From positions 1,861,690 to 1,925,689 of the forward strand of contig MU058384.1 in assembly GCA_013265495.1 (NCBI GenBank): a DNA stretch of 64,000 bases. Reading direction: 5' to 3'. This document shows positions 28,808 through 44,078 of the stretch, in pieces (position 1 is the first letter of the stretch; each line of letters opens with the position of its first letter). The notes under the pieces are model-generated. The model saw only the letters and a program-made list of their open reading frames with translations, was not told the DNA's origin and did no database searches. The position numbers were made by a program, and so were the translations under genes. The stretch comes from Vicugna vicugna (Eukaryota).

Positions 28808-31800
28808 TAAAAGCACAATGTTATATCTAAGAAAAACAAACGCTCTGTGCCAACAACCTCTAGTCAAAAGGTTGACGTACAAATGAAGGTCAATCAGAAT
28901 AAGCTGGTGGCCAGGTCCTCACCTATCTGTTCATATGTCCTCTCTCTCCCCACACCCATTAACCTATTAAGGAAAGGATCAAATTTGTCAACTGTTCAGA
29001 TGCACCATCTATAATTGTCAATACTGAAAATGTCCCTGCTTGTTTGATATTACTTATGATAAAAGGAAATTAGAGAAATAGAGTCAGTACCCAAGTTTTT
29101 GTGCTGTCAGAGGTTGGCCTTGTCAGTGGCAAATGGTTAGAAATTCCAGACAAATCAGAAATCATTTTGATTTGGTTTCATGATGTCATGTGTGTGTTAG
29201 ACGATGGGAATTCGTATTCCAGGCTCAAAAATAAAGCTTCATGCAACAGCTGGGCCCGGAGGAAAGCTAAGCCCATCCACTCTTCCGGGGCCCTTGGGGT
29301 TCTACTCTCCTGGCAAACGTTCCCTGGTAGGTTCCAGGAGACCTATCCTGCCATGGCCGGGCCACAGAGGGACTTTGGCTCCCCTACTGGGAGAAACGCT
29401 CAGGTGCTGAAGGATCTATAAAGTCACAAAGAGCAGTCACAGAAGGTGAGAAAATTACAAGCCTTCCAAACTGGGCAGCATTAATTTAAGATTTGAGTAA
29501 TTCACTTGTAAATGTTTATGTGCTGACTTCTGAATACTTGTTCACTGTGAAAAAAAATGTTCATTGTATAAATGAACAAGTTCAATGAATGCTTGTTCAT
29601 TTTTTAAATAGAAAAAATAAGAAACTTAGCATCACAAATTATACCACTGCATAGACAAAAACATACGTATTATTTCATTATCTAACCTTCCTAAAGCACA
29701 CTTTTCCAATGTGTACACCAAACACACTGATGAACTAGCATAATATATCAAAATAGTTTTAAAATACTAATTACATAGGAATTGGAACCATATTTTTTTC
29801 ACTATTAATAGAATCAAAGGACTCAGAGTTAAAAGACTAAACTCCAGAGTTACAAACTCCAGGTGGTCCTGTAGGCGGTCACAGAACTCATTGCAGCACG
29901 GTGTGGAGTGGGTGGCCGGCAGAGGCAGCTCTCTAACCAGAAGCAGGCACAGGGGAAGGAGGTGTGACCACGTACTGTCTCAGGGGGATTCCATAGAATC
30001 CAGTCAGAGCTTCTGGCTCTATCTCTGCCCGATTCACAGCACAGAGCCTTCAGGGGCACAACAGACAGTACTTGAATAGACATTGTTCACATCATCTGTT
30101 ATAAGCAATCTCTACTCCTCTATGCTAAATGAAGGTAATGAACTTGAGAAGAGTAGATTAATATCATTAGACTCTGGGCTAGAGGGTGATTCCTTCAGCT
30201 GGTATGAGAATCTAGGCCTTCAATGCTGTGAAATAAAAACATAAAAGTGTGATCCAATTTCCCACCTATACCCCCTCAAATTTGAAAACGTATCAACCAG
30301 GGGTTCTAGACTTGCCAGTGATCCTCGTTTATCCCCGAATACTGGGCTTGAGTCCAGAGATCAGTGTCACAGCTCTGAGACTCTGCTGAGAAGCTGTCTG
30401 ATTCTATGCAACTCACCTAAACTTCCCTGGACCTAAATTCCCTAGTCTGTAAAATAAGGATGCTGTAGTGGATCAACGATCCCAAGCTGGAGTTGTCCGA
30501 CCTCTGGAAGGCCCATTACTTTTCAGTATTTCCAAAACATAAACAGCACATAAGGCAGCAATTGCTACCCAAAATATAGTTGTTTTTGACATTTTATCAG
30601 CTTTTATTCAGCAGCAAAAATGGCACTTATTCATATGTTTGATTAAGTCTGTAAAAGGAAAATGAGTTAATGACCATGTAACATACATGTATTTTGTTTT
30701 CAAGTTGTGAATGCAAAGCACTTAGTTCAGTGCCTGGCTCATAGTAATTATAATTAATTCAGCAAATACATCTACTATGTGCTAGGCATGGTTCTAGGTG
30801 TTGGAGATACAGTAACCAATAAGAGAGTCAAAAATCCTGCCTAATTAAACTCATAATCTAATTATGACAATAAAATTAATTAAAATGTTAATAATTAATT
30901 AGTGGATGAGCTAATAATAGCATTATTTCATAGGTAAGGATCCACATAGTGATAAATGAGATAAAAGGAGACTTTAGTTGCAAAAAAGTTTAAGAACCAC
31001 TAGAAAAGATGATCTTCAGACCATGTTCAGCTCTAGCTCATGAATGTAGAGAATTTTCAGACCTGAAGAAGCATGGCCCTGAACTGAGTTACCCCTGCTC
31101 CTCCCCCCACCCCATCACCTTGCTTTCCCTGGCATGGAGCTCTCTCTGCAAGGACCCTCCCTTGTCTATCTCTTTTGTCTTCAAAGCCATTTTCAAAACT
31201 TCAACAATTACTTAATCACTAAGAAGAATAGCGAGGTCCCAAATCCCTACATGTAGTAATGTTTTAAGAAGCTTTTCTTGAAAGGTATCAGCATTATATT
31301 TTAAAAACTTTTAAACCTTAAAAAACAAAGTCTATCACAGATGATTTTGCAAAGCACTTGAAGACTTCCTTTGGCTTGACAACTATAAAGAGGTATGATG
31401 GTGGGAGGGGGAGGCCTTAGTCCCCATTTCTATGGTCTGAGCAAAGGAAACATTAAGGACAGACTGCGTCTTTCAAGAAGATGGAAGTCACTTTTCAGTC
31501 ATAGGACAACCGCTTGCCAATCTGAGGCATAATTCTCATTGAGGGAAGAGATGCCTGGCTTTCAGTTATACAAACCTAGGCAATAGAGTAAATGTCAGAG
31601 ACGATCAATGGAATACAATTGTCACTACAAATCGATGTTCATTAGATTGATAAGGATGGAGATGGTAGTAGATGTGGAAAGTCAGCAATACCAACACAAC
31701 CCAGCAATGCAGACACAAAATACTACCCAAGAGGAAAGATCAGTGAGTCAATCGTTAAAGATGGGTAATCACAGTTTTTAATCCCAGAAAACCTCACCTT

Positions 31801-32442
31801 ATGTACATAAGACGAGAAGAGATTCCTCTGCAACTACTGTTATAATTGGACTAGTTCCGGAACCAAATCTCACTAGTTAGCTAAGACAATTCCTGGACAC
31901 GTTTCTGTTTCCTATATGCTATGAATGTTTGTAATTAAAATCTGCGCTCAGTTAAAAGAACACGTGTGGTGCTCAGCCCATTTAGAAGTGAAAAGTTGGG
32001 GCAACTATTGTTGTTACTAACCCTAAAATAGTTTGTTTCTATTTCTGCCTCTGGCAGGAGTACTGAGGATGACCTCTGGATGTCCCTTCCATGCTTCTCT
32101 GAAACACCAAAGTGAGAGAGGGAATATGACACATCAAACCCGCACCATGTCAGCACAACATGGCTCATAAGATCACCTGCCATGCTCACCTCCTTCTCAG
32201 ATCAGTACTTAATTGACTTGGTATTTTGTATTCACTGTCTCATAATCAAGTTGTCTTTGGCATTATCTTCCTATCAGGAGTGCAGGTCCCTCAAAAACAG
32301 AAGCTACAGCATAAACGCTTTTGTACATAGAGTCAGTGCATATGTTCAGTGCTTAATAAATGTTTGTTGGTAAAAGTTATGGTATAATGAAATGGTGATA
32401 ATATATTTTATTATTTCATTTTTCTTTAAAGAAGTGCTTCAA

Positions 32443-32590
32443 GGGGGGAGGGTATAGTTCAAGTGGTAGAGCACATACTTAGCATGCCTGAGGTCCTGGG
32501 TTCAATTCCCAGTACTTCCTCTAAAAATAAATAAATAAATAAACCTAATTACCTCCCCCACTCAACAAAAAATAAAATTAAATTAAAAAA
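32443..32590 (+). mobile_element. tRNA-derived SINE, camelid Vic-1-like
   Basis: GGGGGGAGGGTATAGTTCAAGTGGTAGAGC (A box)...GGGTTCAATTCCC (B box), A-rich tail, TSD AAGTGCTTCAA at 32432-32442 and 32591-32601. Confidence 0.85.
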
Positions 32591-32760
32591 AAGTGCTTCA
32601 ATCATACTCACTGACCTATGCTGATCTCATAGTGAATAAAACAAGTGAACATATTACTAATGTTGTATTGAGAATGCCCTTAAATCATTTTTCTTCTCAA
32701 ATAATAAACAATGACATGTTGTTTTGTTCTGGAAGCATTTCAAAAGCAGCCCTAAAATAG

Positions 32761-33036
<276 letters not shown>

Positions 33037-33742
33037 TGATAAGTATCTGGTGAATTAATCTTAGGAAGAGTCCAAAACCACTAGGATACATTTTCACTCT
33101 GAGGAAGAATATTTTCTTTTTCTAGTCCATGGAGAAGTTAGAAAAAAAAGGATAAGAGCTAGTAATTTAACATTATGTTCTTCATACTGAAATTAAAAAG
33201 TACCTAATCTTCTAAGGATTAAAAAAAAACAAGTTTCATCCAAGTATGTAAGAGTAAAATGTTAGAGTAGAAAACACCATTTCATAGGATCCGTCTTAGA
33301 AGAGAGGATATGTAATATAACATAACTGACAGAGCCTTGAATGAGAGCCTTTTACAAATGTAAGTTGCTATTATATTATTATTGGACATAATGTTTAAAG
33401 TTTGTTCAATTTTGTATTTTCCCAAAACAAAATCAGCCATCACAACTATGTTTCTGAATAAGGATTGGCATTAACCCTATTTAAGTGTAGAAAAGCATCC
33501 TTTTAAAAAATTTTCATAAAGTGATACGACCAAATTCACAATTCATGAGCAAACTTAATAGGCCAACATTTATCAAAGTTATAGCTTTCCCATTCCAGAA
33601 TGTATCCATCCATTAGAAAAAAAAAATTTTTTAACTACAGAGTTTTAATTTAGAACAAATATTAGAGTAGAAAATGTTTTTATTTACTTCAAAACTACAT
33701 AATTCTAAAATTGGAATAAATATTAGAGCAGGAGAGTTTTTA

Positions 33743-36485
33743 TCAAAGTATAGCTGATTTAAAATGTTGTATTAGTTTCTAATGTACAGCAAAGTGATTC
33801 AGTTATACATATATATGCATATTCTTTTTCATTATGGTTTATTGTAGGATATTGAATATAGTTCCTTGTGCTATAGAGTAGGATCGTGTTGTTTGTCTAT
33901 TTTTTATATAATCATTTATATCTGCTAATCCCAAACTCTAATTTATCCCTCCCCCATCCCCTTTCCCCTTTGGTAACCATAAGTTTGTTTTCTATGTCTG
34001 TGAGTCTCTTTCTGTTTTGTGAGTAAGTTCATTTGTATCATATTTTAGATTCCATGTATCAGTGATATCATATGGTATTTGTCTTTCTCTTTATGACTTA
34101 CTTCACTTAGTATGATAATCTCTAGGTCCATCCATGTTGCTGCAAATGGCATTAGTTCCTTCTTTTATGGCTAAGTAATATTCCATTATATATATGTGTG
34201 TGATATACATAAATATACATACATACACCATAACTTTTTTATTCAGTCATCTATCAATGTCACATTTAGGTTGCTACCATGTCTTGGCTACTGTAAATAA
34301 TGCTGCTATGAACATTGGGGTGCATGAATCTTTTCAAATTAGAGTTTTCTCTAGATAATGTCCAGGAGTGGGATTGCTGGATCATATGGTAACTCTATTT
34401 TTCATTTTTTAAGGAACTTCCATACTGTTTTTCATAGTGGCTGCACCAATTTACATTCCCCCCCAAGAGTGTAAGAGGATTCCCATTTCTCCACAATCTC
34501 TCTATCATTTGTTACTGGTAGACTTTTTAATGATGGCCATTCTGACTGGTGTGAGGTGGTACCTATTGTAGTTTTGATTTGCATTTCTCTGATAACTGGT
34601 GATGTTAATCTTTTTATGTGCCTATTGGCCATCTGTTATGTCTTCTTTAGAGAAATATCTATTTAGGTCTTCTGCCCATTTTTTCATTGGGTTGTTTGCT
34701 TTTTCTGTTATTGAGTTGTATGAGATGTTTGTATGTTTTGGAAATTAAGCCCTGTCAGTCATGTCCTTTGCAAATATTTTCTCCTAGTCTGCAGGTTGTC
34801 TTTTCATTTTGTTTATGGTTTCCTTTCCATGAATAAGCTTAAAAGTTTGATTAGGTTTCATTTATTTACTTTTGCTTTTATTTCTATTGCCTTGGTAGAT
34901 TGCCCTAGGAAAACATTGCTAAGATTTATGTCAAAGAATGTTTTGCCTATGTTTTCTTCTAGGTTTATAGTCTCTTGTCATGTTTAAGTCTTTAAGCCAT
35001 TTTGAGTTTATTTTTGTGTATGGTGTGAGAGAGTGTTCTGACTCCATTGATATACATGCTGCTGTCCAGCTTTCCCAACACCACTTGCTGGAGAGGCTAT
35101 CTTTTCTCCATTGTATATTCTTGCCTTCTTTGCCAAAGATTAATTGATCATAGGTATGTGGGTCTATTCTGGGGCTCTCAATTCTGATCCATTGATCCAT
35201 ATGTCTGTTTTTGTGCCAATGCTGTTTTGATTACTGTAGCTCTACAGTAGTGTCTGAAGTCTGGGAGGGCTATTCTTCTAGTTCATTCTTTTTCTTCAAT
35301 ATTGCTTTGGAACTTCTGGGTCTTTGGGGATTCCATGTAAATTTCAGGATTATTTATTCTAGTTTTGTGAAAAAGGTCATGGTAATTTTGATAGCGATCA
35401 CATTAAATCTGTAGATTGCTTTGGGTAGTATGGCCATTTAAACAGTATTGATTCTTCAAATCCAAAAGCATGGGCTATCTTTCCATTTCTTTGAACCATC
35501 TTCAATTTCCTTTATCAGGATGTTATTGTTCTTAGTGTATAAGTCTTTCATCTCCTTAGTCAGGTTTATTCCTAAGTATTTTATTTTTTGTGACACGATT
35601 TTAAAAAGGATTTTTTTTCACTTTTCCTTTCTGATATTTCATTGTTAGTAGAAAGAAATGCAGTAGATATCTGTACGTTAATTTTTTATCTAGCTACGTT
35701 GCTGAATTCATTTATCACTTCTAGTAGTTTTTGTGTGGAGTCTGTAGGGTTTTCTGTATATAGTATCATGCCATCCACATATAGTGACAATTTTACCTCT
35801 TCTCTTCCAATTTGGATCCATTTGATTTCTTCTTCTTGACTGATTGCTGTGGCTAGGACTTCCAATACTATGTTGACTGAAAGTAATGAAAGAGGGTATC
35901 CTTGTCTCGTTCCAGATTTTAGCAGGAAGGCTTTCACCATTTCACCATTGAGCATTATGTTGGCTGTGGGTTTGTCATAAATAGCTTTTATTATGTTGAG
36001 ACATGTTACCTCTATACCTACTTTGGTAAGAGTTTTCATCATAAATGGATATTGAATTTTATCAAATGCTTTTTCTGCATCTATTAAGTTGACCATGTGG
36101 GTTTTGTCTTTAATTTAGTTGACGTGGTACATCACATTGATTGATTTGTGTATGTTGAATCATCCTTGTAACCCTGGGAAGAATCCAACTTGACTGTGCT
36201 GTATGATCTTTTTTACATGCTGTTAGATTCAGTTTGCTAATATTTTGTTGAGACTTTTTACATCTATATTCATCAAAGGTATTGGCCTGTAATTTTCTTT
36301 TTTTGGTATTGTCTTTGTCTGGTTTTAGTATCAGGGTGATGATGGCTTCATAGAAAGAGTCTGGGAGTGTTTCTTCCTCTTCAGTCTTGTGGAAGATTTT
36401 GGGAAGGGTCAATACAAGCTCTTTATATGTTTGGTAGAATTCCCCAGTGAAGTCATCTGGTCCTGGACTTTTGTTTACAGGAATT

Positions 36486-36521
<36 letters not shown>

Positions 36522-39500
36522 TTTGTTTTTAATTACAGATTCTATTTTACTTCTAGTGACTGTTCAAATTATCTGTTTCTTCCTGATTCAATTTTGGTGA
36601 GTTGTATGTTTCTATATAATTGTCCATTTCTCCTAGTTTGTCCAATTTGATGAGATATAATTGTTCATAGTATTCTCTTATAGTTTTTTGTATTTCTGTG
36701 GTATTGGTTGTTATTTCTCCTCTTTCATTTCTTATTCTGTTTATTTGAGTCTTCATTCTTTTCTTCTTGGTGAGCCTGGCCAAAGGCTTGCCAATTTGTT
36801 TACCCTTTCAAAGAACCAGCTCTTGGTTTTATTGATTTTTTTCTATTTTTTAATCTCTATTTTATTTATTTAATCTCTGATCTTTATTATTTCCTTCCTT
36901 CTGCCGACTTTAGGCTTTGTATGTTCTTTTTTTCCTAATTCTTTTATGGGATAGGTTAGATAGTTTATTTGAAATTTTTCTTGTTTTTTGAGGAAGGCCT
37001 GTATTGCTGTGAACCTCCCTGTAAGAACTGCTTTTGCTGCATCCCGTAGACTTTGTAGGTTTTGTATGGTTGTGTTTTCATTGTCATTTGTCTCAAGGTT
37101 TTTTTTTTTTAATTCCCTCTTTGATTTCATTGTTGACCTACTGGGTTTATAGTAGCATGTTGTTTAGTTTCCTTGTATTCATTTTTTTCTCATTTCTCTT
37201 TCTGTGGTTGATTTCTAGTTTCATACCACTGTGGTCAGAAAACATGCTTGAAATAAATTCTGTCCTCTTAAATTTCCTGAGGCTTGCTTTGTGTCCTAAT
37301 ATGTGGTCAGTTTTAGAGAATGGTCCATGTGAACTTCAAAAGAATGTGTATTTTAGGTTTTTTGGATGTATTGTCCTGAAAATGTCAATTAAGTCTAAGT
37401 TCTATTATATCATTTAGGATCTCTGTTGCCTTATTGATTTTCTGTCTGGAAGATCTGTCCACTGATGTGAGTAGGGTGTTAAAGTTTCTTACTGTTATGT
37501 ACTCCTATCAATTTCTCCCTTTATGCCTGTTAATATTTGTTTTATGTATTTAGGTGCTCCTATATTGGGTGCATATCTGTTAACGAGTATAATATCCTCT
37601 TCTTGTATTGATCCTTTTATCATTATATAGTGTCCTTCTTTATCTTTCTTTATGGCTTTCATTTTTAAAGTCTGTTTTGTCTGAGTATTGCTACCCTGAC
37701 TTTCTTGTCATTTCCATCTGCATGAAATATCTTTCCATTCTCTCACTTTCAATCTGTGTGTGTTCTTAGCCCTAAAGAGGGTCTCTTGTAGACAGTATAT
37801 TGTAGTCTCTTGCTTTTTTATCCAATTTGCCACTCTATGTCTTTTTGATTGGAGTATTTAGTCCATTGACACTTAAGATAATTATTGATATATATGTATT
37901 TATTGACATTTTAAACCTTGTTTTCCCATTGATTTTGTATTTCTCCTTTGTTCCATTTTTTTTCCTTTTGTGGTTAGATGATTTTCTTTTGTATTATGCT
38001 TGTGTTTTCTTCTTTTTCATTTTTGTGAATCTATTGTATGTTTTTGATTTGTGATTACCTTTTTTGTCAAGTATGTTAACCCATTACTATATCTACTTGC
38101 TAGTTATATAGGCTCAAACACATTCTTTTAAAAAATCTACTTTTCCTTACTCTCCTTCCCCACATTTTGATTTTGATGTTCTCATTTACATCTTCATGTT
38201 TATCCTTTTGCTGTTCACTGTAGTTTTCGTCACTTTCACAAAATTAAAAAAAAAAATTAAATCTGTGTCCTGGCTTATTTAAGTGATTTACTTTCCCATT
38301 GTGATTTTCTCTTTCATATAAAGTCTTCCTTCTTTTCTATTTAGAGAAGAGCTTTCAATATTTCTTTTAGGATAGGTTTAATATTGCTATATTCCTTTAG
38401 TTTTTGCTAATCTGAGAAATTCTTTATCTCTCCTTCTATTCTAAATGATAATCTTGCTGGGTTGAATATTCTAGGTTACATTTTTTTCCCTTTTAGGACT
38501 TTAAATATATCTTGCCACTCCCCTCTGGTCTGCAACATTTCTGTAGAGAAATCAGCTGATAGCTTTATGTGGGGTTTCTTTGTAATTAACTCTTTGTTTT
38601 TCTCTTGCTGCCTTTAGAATCCTCTCTTTATATTTAACTTTTGCCATTTTAATTATAATATGTCTTTATGTAGCTCTGTGTTGGGTTCATCTTGTTTAGG
38701 GCCCTCAGTGCTTTGTATACCTGGCTATCTGCTTCCTTCTTTAGGTTTGGGAAGTTTTCAGCCATAATTTCCTCAAATACATTTTTGATCCCCTTTTCTC
38801 CTTCTCATTCTGGGATCCCTATTATACGTAGATTGGGATACTTTATATTATCCCATAAGTCTTGTATATTACTTTCTTTTTTTGTTTTTGTTTTTGTTTT
38901 TCTATCTGCTATTCTGATTGGTTGATTTCCATTATTCCATCTTTCAGATCACTTATTCATTCTTCCGCCTTATCCAGTTTACTATTAAATGCCTTTAGCT
39001 CAGCTTTTGTCTCAACAAATGAGTTTTCTAACTTTAATTGGCTCCTCTTTATGGTTTCTAATTCCTTTTTACAGGAATCTGTATTTATCAATAGTCTAAT
39101 TCCTTCAGTATTTTCATTACCTCCTTTTTGAACTTGGGATCTGGTAGACTGGAGATGTCTGTTTCATTGATTTTTTTTTTTTGGAGGAATTCTCTTGATC
39201 TTTTAATTGAGAGTGGTTCCTCTGCTTCTTCATTTTACTTGTATTTCTCTGACTTTATGAGTTTAGGAGAAACAGTTAACTACTGTGGTCTTGAAGGGCT
39301 GTTTTTATGTGGGGGTTTCCCTTTGTAGCCTCCATGGGTCTAATATTTTTAGTGTGAGGGCTGTTTTTAGTATGGATTCCTACCTCATCTTTCCTCAGTG
39401 TGTCCTAGCTATTACCCCCTTGATAGGGGGTGGACTATTGTTGTGGAGACCAGAGCCAGCACTAGATGTTGAGCAGGGCCTCCTCTTTGCTCTGTGGTTG

Positions 39501-40229
39501 TCAAAGCCCTGTCAGGGGCAGAGTCTGCTCCCCAGTCATTGGAGTAGATGCCTCTAGACACATTTCTGAACTGTGGTGTAATATAGGCAGGACTGGACCA
39601 TTCCTACTGAGAGAGGAACTGCTAAGTATTCCTCCGCAGGAGCTGTCCACTGAGAAGTGCATTCTGTGGTGTTGCCTGTAACCCATTGTGCAGGCTCACA
39701 AAGTACACTGTTTTTGGTGCTGCTCTCGGCCCCACCCCAACCATGGAAATTCAGGCAATCAGCCCAGGTGTCCCTCAAGTGCTGTGCTCACAAAGCCACC
39801 AGCACAGATCCACTGGTGCAGAACCACTGAGGTCAGGCATCGGGACTGCCATAGTCACACACCAAGACTCACTGTGGGAGCTACTGAGTCAGCCCAGACC
39901 CCAGCCCCGCCTCTGCATGTGCACACTGTCACTAGCACCAGACTTGCCCCAGCTGCTGGAGCATGAGTAATCTGCTCAGATGTGCCGTATACATTGAGTT
40001 TACAAAGCTGTCCATGGCAACATAAATCTGTGGATCTCACAGCTGCTGGGACACTCAGATTTCAGCCCTGTTTCCGAAGTCCTGTGGTCCCTGGGTATCA
40101 GCTTGGATTTCAGTCCTGCCTCCAAATGTGGGCAACCCTCCAGCGCTTGTGTGCTCCCAGAACTTGTGGAGGTGGAGCCATACCCAATTTGAGCACACTG
40201 AGAATTAGGCTGTTGTGGTGAGATTCCCC
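33743..40229 (-). mobile_element. Near full-length (~6.5 kb) inactivated LINE-1 in TXLNB intron 8
   Basis: Minus-strand ORF2 remnants: [34 protein letters not shown] (35686-36096), C-terminal [18 protein letters not shown] (34931-35200) and the segment at 36870-37130. ORF1 C-terminus LSADFSTEMLQTRGEWQDIFKVLK with stops at ~38340-38560. GC-richer 5' UTR at ~39400-40229. Degenerate TSD at both ends. Confidence 0.95.
36488..36520. repeat. (GTT)n microsatellite inside the L1
   Basis: GTTGTTGTT run visible directly. Confidence 0.9.
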
Positions 40230-41378
40230 TTAGAGTAGGAGTTTTTAATCTGGGACTCATTTATAAACTTAGTACTTGACCTTAGAATTACCAAAAAATT
40301 TTGGTTTGCATATTGCATTTCTTTAGGTGTTCTCATAGATTTCATCAAATTCCTAAAGGGGTTGATTACTTTTAAAAGTTTATAAACTACTAACTTGGTT
40401 AAGAAATAATCAAACTTTAAAAGCACTCTAGGCTCACACAGCTTCTCTATAAAGCCCAGGGGCCAAGAGCCTGGATCCAGCCTCTGGCCTCCAAGCAGAC
40501 CTAGCCTCAGGCAGTTTGGCACAAAGCAGCAAGTGCCTGGTTATGGTTCATCCAGGGTAACTGCACCTGAATATGTGTCTTAACTTCACTTCATCCAAGC
40601 AGAGAGGAGATCCTATAACCAGGAACGTGAGTAGTTTCAGGTTTGAAAAAGCCAGGCTGCATTTTATTCACTTCTGGGCACCCTATACCCAGCCCTGGCC
40701 TGGCAACCAGCAGGCACTCTGCACGTGTTGCATTAAATGAAGTCACTCCAGGCCCACTTTTGCTAACTCACCTGAATATCACTCCACCTCTCTGAGCCTC
40801 AGTTTCCCCATTTATAAAGTTGAGGTGAAAATAGAACCTTCCTTGGGGGACTGTTTCAAGAATGAAATGAATAACACATGGAATCACATTTAGTGAATCC
40901 TACTGCACTCCACAAATGGAAAGGCTGAGAAAATAGAAAGTTGCCTTTGTGTGGCTGCTTCTCAGATGTGCCCAGATATTATCAACATTTTAATGGCTAA
41001 AAAGCCAGGCCAACTTTCTCACTAATAGTCTTCTATTCAATAAAGTAAATAATCTAAATTTCAAGCTTATTCTTAGGACTAAATAAAGTTATTTTTATTT
41101 TAAACAAAAGAGAAAGCAGTGATAAAAAGGAAGGCTCTAAGTAGTTTCCGTTCCCCTGAACTGGCTCTGGTGCAAGTACGTTTGTTTACCACTGACCTAG
41201 ATGGTTCAAAAATAAATCATGACTCTCTCCACTCAATCTTCATTCCTTGACATGGAATTTGTGCTTGCTTCAGCAGCTAGTAACAAAAGGACTTTTCTTA
41301 ACATCACATATGGAACTGATAGTTTCTTTGATATATTAACTCCTCAAGATTTACATTAAAACACTGTAATTTCTGTAG

Positions 41379-41537
<159 letters not shown>

Positions 41538-42572
41538 TAATTATTGCCTAATGGCTCAAAAGATTACCTTTGAAAAAGAGCTGAATTTTTCTGGGGTGTG
41601 ATATATGATATTGCAATAAAAATAATGAGAGCAAAAGTAATTTAGAATTGGGTCCAGACGCATAAAGAGCATTGTGACCCTAAGTCACATACATGCCTAC
41701 TTGTTGATTCAAAAGCTGTCCCCAAAGCAGCACCACACCTGCTAGACTGCGAATTCCTTAAAGGCAGGGTCAATGTTTTACCTGTCCTTGAATTTCCCAG
41801 GTGCCTGACACATAGCGGGTGCAGAATAAATTAATTAGTTGATTTGAACATACTGAGAGAAGACACCAGCCCAAGCACCCAGGGAATATGCTATTTCATA
41901 GACAGGTATGGAGACATGGTGTTTAATTCCTCCAACAGGCATTTAAACACTGATATTATGTTAGGCTCTGGAGGCTTTGAGACGATAAAGGCGAAGATAC
42001 ATGGCCCTTGACCTGAGAGGCAGGGCTTACAGGTGAAGGTTTTGCCATGTAAACAGCTGGGGAGGGGGGAGTCTTAAAAGGGACAGAGTAACACAAAGGT
42101 AGGGATGAAGGAGTAAGATGATTAAGATCAATTTCTTGCACAAACACAGTGACATTTCTAGAGGAAAAGAGAACTGAACAGGTTGAGCAGCATCATGAAT
42201 GAATGTGTGGTGAGTTTCTCTGTTTTAACTCTGTTTACTGTTTTAATGATTCATTCCAAATAACAACCAGCTCCAAAGAGATGTGCTTATTTCAAAAACA
42301 TAGATCAAGCCGTTGCTGGACTAGCACATAGCAGTTTATCTGTAGAACAGATAAAGCATTGCTGACAGCCAGGTCCCCGTCCATCTCAATCATTTTGCCA
42401 CAAGCTTCTGCTTACCCCTTCTAAGTCTTAGTGGCAGGAGAGTCACCCACCTTCAGATTTTAGAGGCCCTAGACTGAAGCAGAGAGAGGCTTTGCTATCT
42501 GTCTTTCCTTAAAAGGATTAAAATTTTACCAGAGTCTCCAACACAATGCAACAACAGAAGTGATGTCCCTGA

Positions 42573-43475
<903 letters not shown>

Positions 43476-43907
43476 GCCCCCTTGTGCCTTCGGAGGCTGT
43501 TCTTCCTGACTTTCCATCTTGTTGGAAACAGACTGTCTTCCGAAAGTGGCATTAAGGGCTAGGGATGTCTAATGGAAGAGACTTAACTAGAATCAAGACA
43601 CTTTTAAACATTACGCAGAGTACATTCAGCTTTTGCTATGTGTTCTTAGTTTATAACTGATTTGGAGCTTTTCTATTTATCACTTGTTGATAGTATAATT
43701 TTCCCAAATGGCAACAAAACATACAAGTAGCAAATTTATATTAATTTGTAATTAAGATGGTATTTAATTCAAGTTCTTAACCAACCATAAAATTGGTATT
43801 TAAAGACTTCCACTACAATATATAAATATTGAAAAAGTGCTGCTTTATTTCCATGTTGTTTAGTAAGTTCCATAGTAAGTAATGGATGACCAAGTTCCAT
43901 TTAAACA

Positions 43908-44078
43908 CTATATACATAATATATGTATATGTGTGTATGTATGTGTGTGTGTATATATATATACACATATGTATGTGAATATATACTTGTGTGTGAATAT
44001 ATACATGTATGTTTAAGCACATATATACACATGTATATTTTATATACACATAAGTGAATATATATAGTACACATACAT
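43908..44078. repeat. (TA/TG/CA)n low-complexity tract in the 3' UTR
   Basis: Alternating purine-pyrimidine TATGTGTGTATATACAC... run. Confidence 0.85.

Noticed and set aside
32443..32520. tRNA-like sequence
   Set aside because: Has an A-rich tail and TSD and lacks a proper acceptor stem, so it is a SINE rather than a tRNA gene
32521..32530. MEF2 consensus CTAAAAATAA
   Set aside because: Part of the SINE A-rich tail; the same 10-mer recurs elsewhere in AT-rich introns (e.g. 18651), so probably chance
34432..37417. Reverse transcriptase/endonuclease-like ORFs as a possible novel retroelement system
   Set aside because: Ordinary fragmented LINE-1 ORF2 with stops, frameshifts and a mutated catalytic motif
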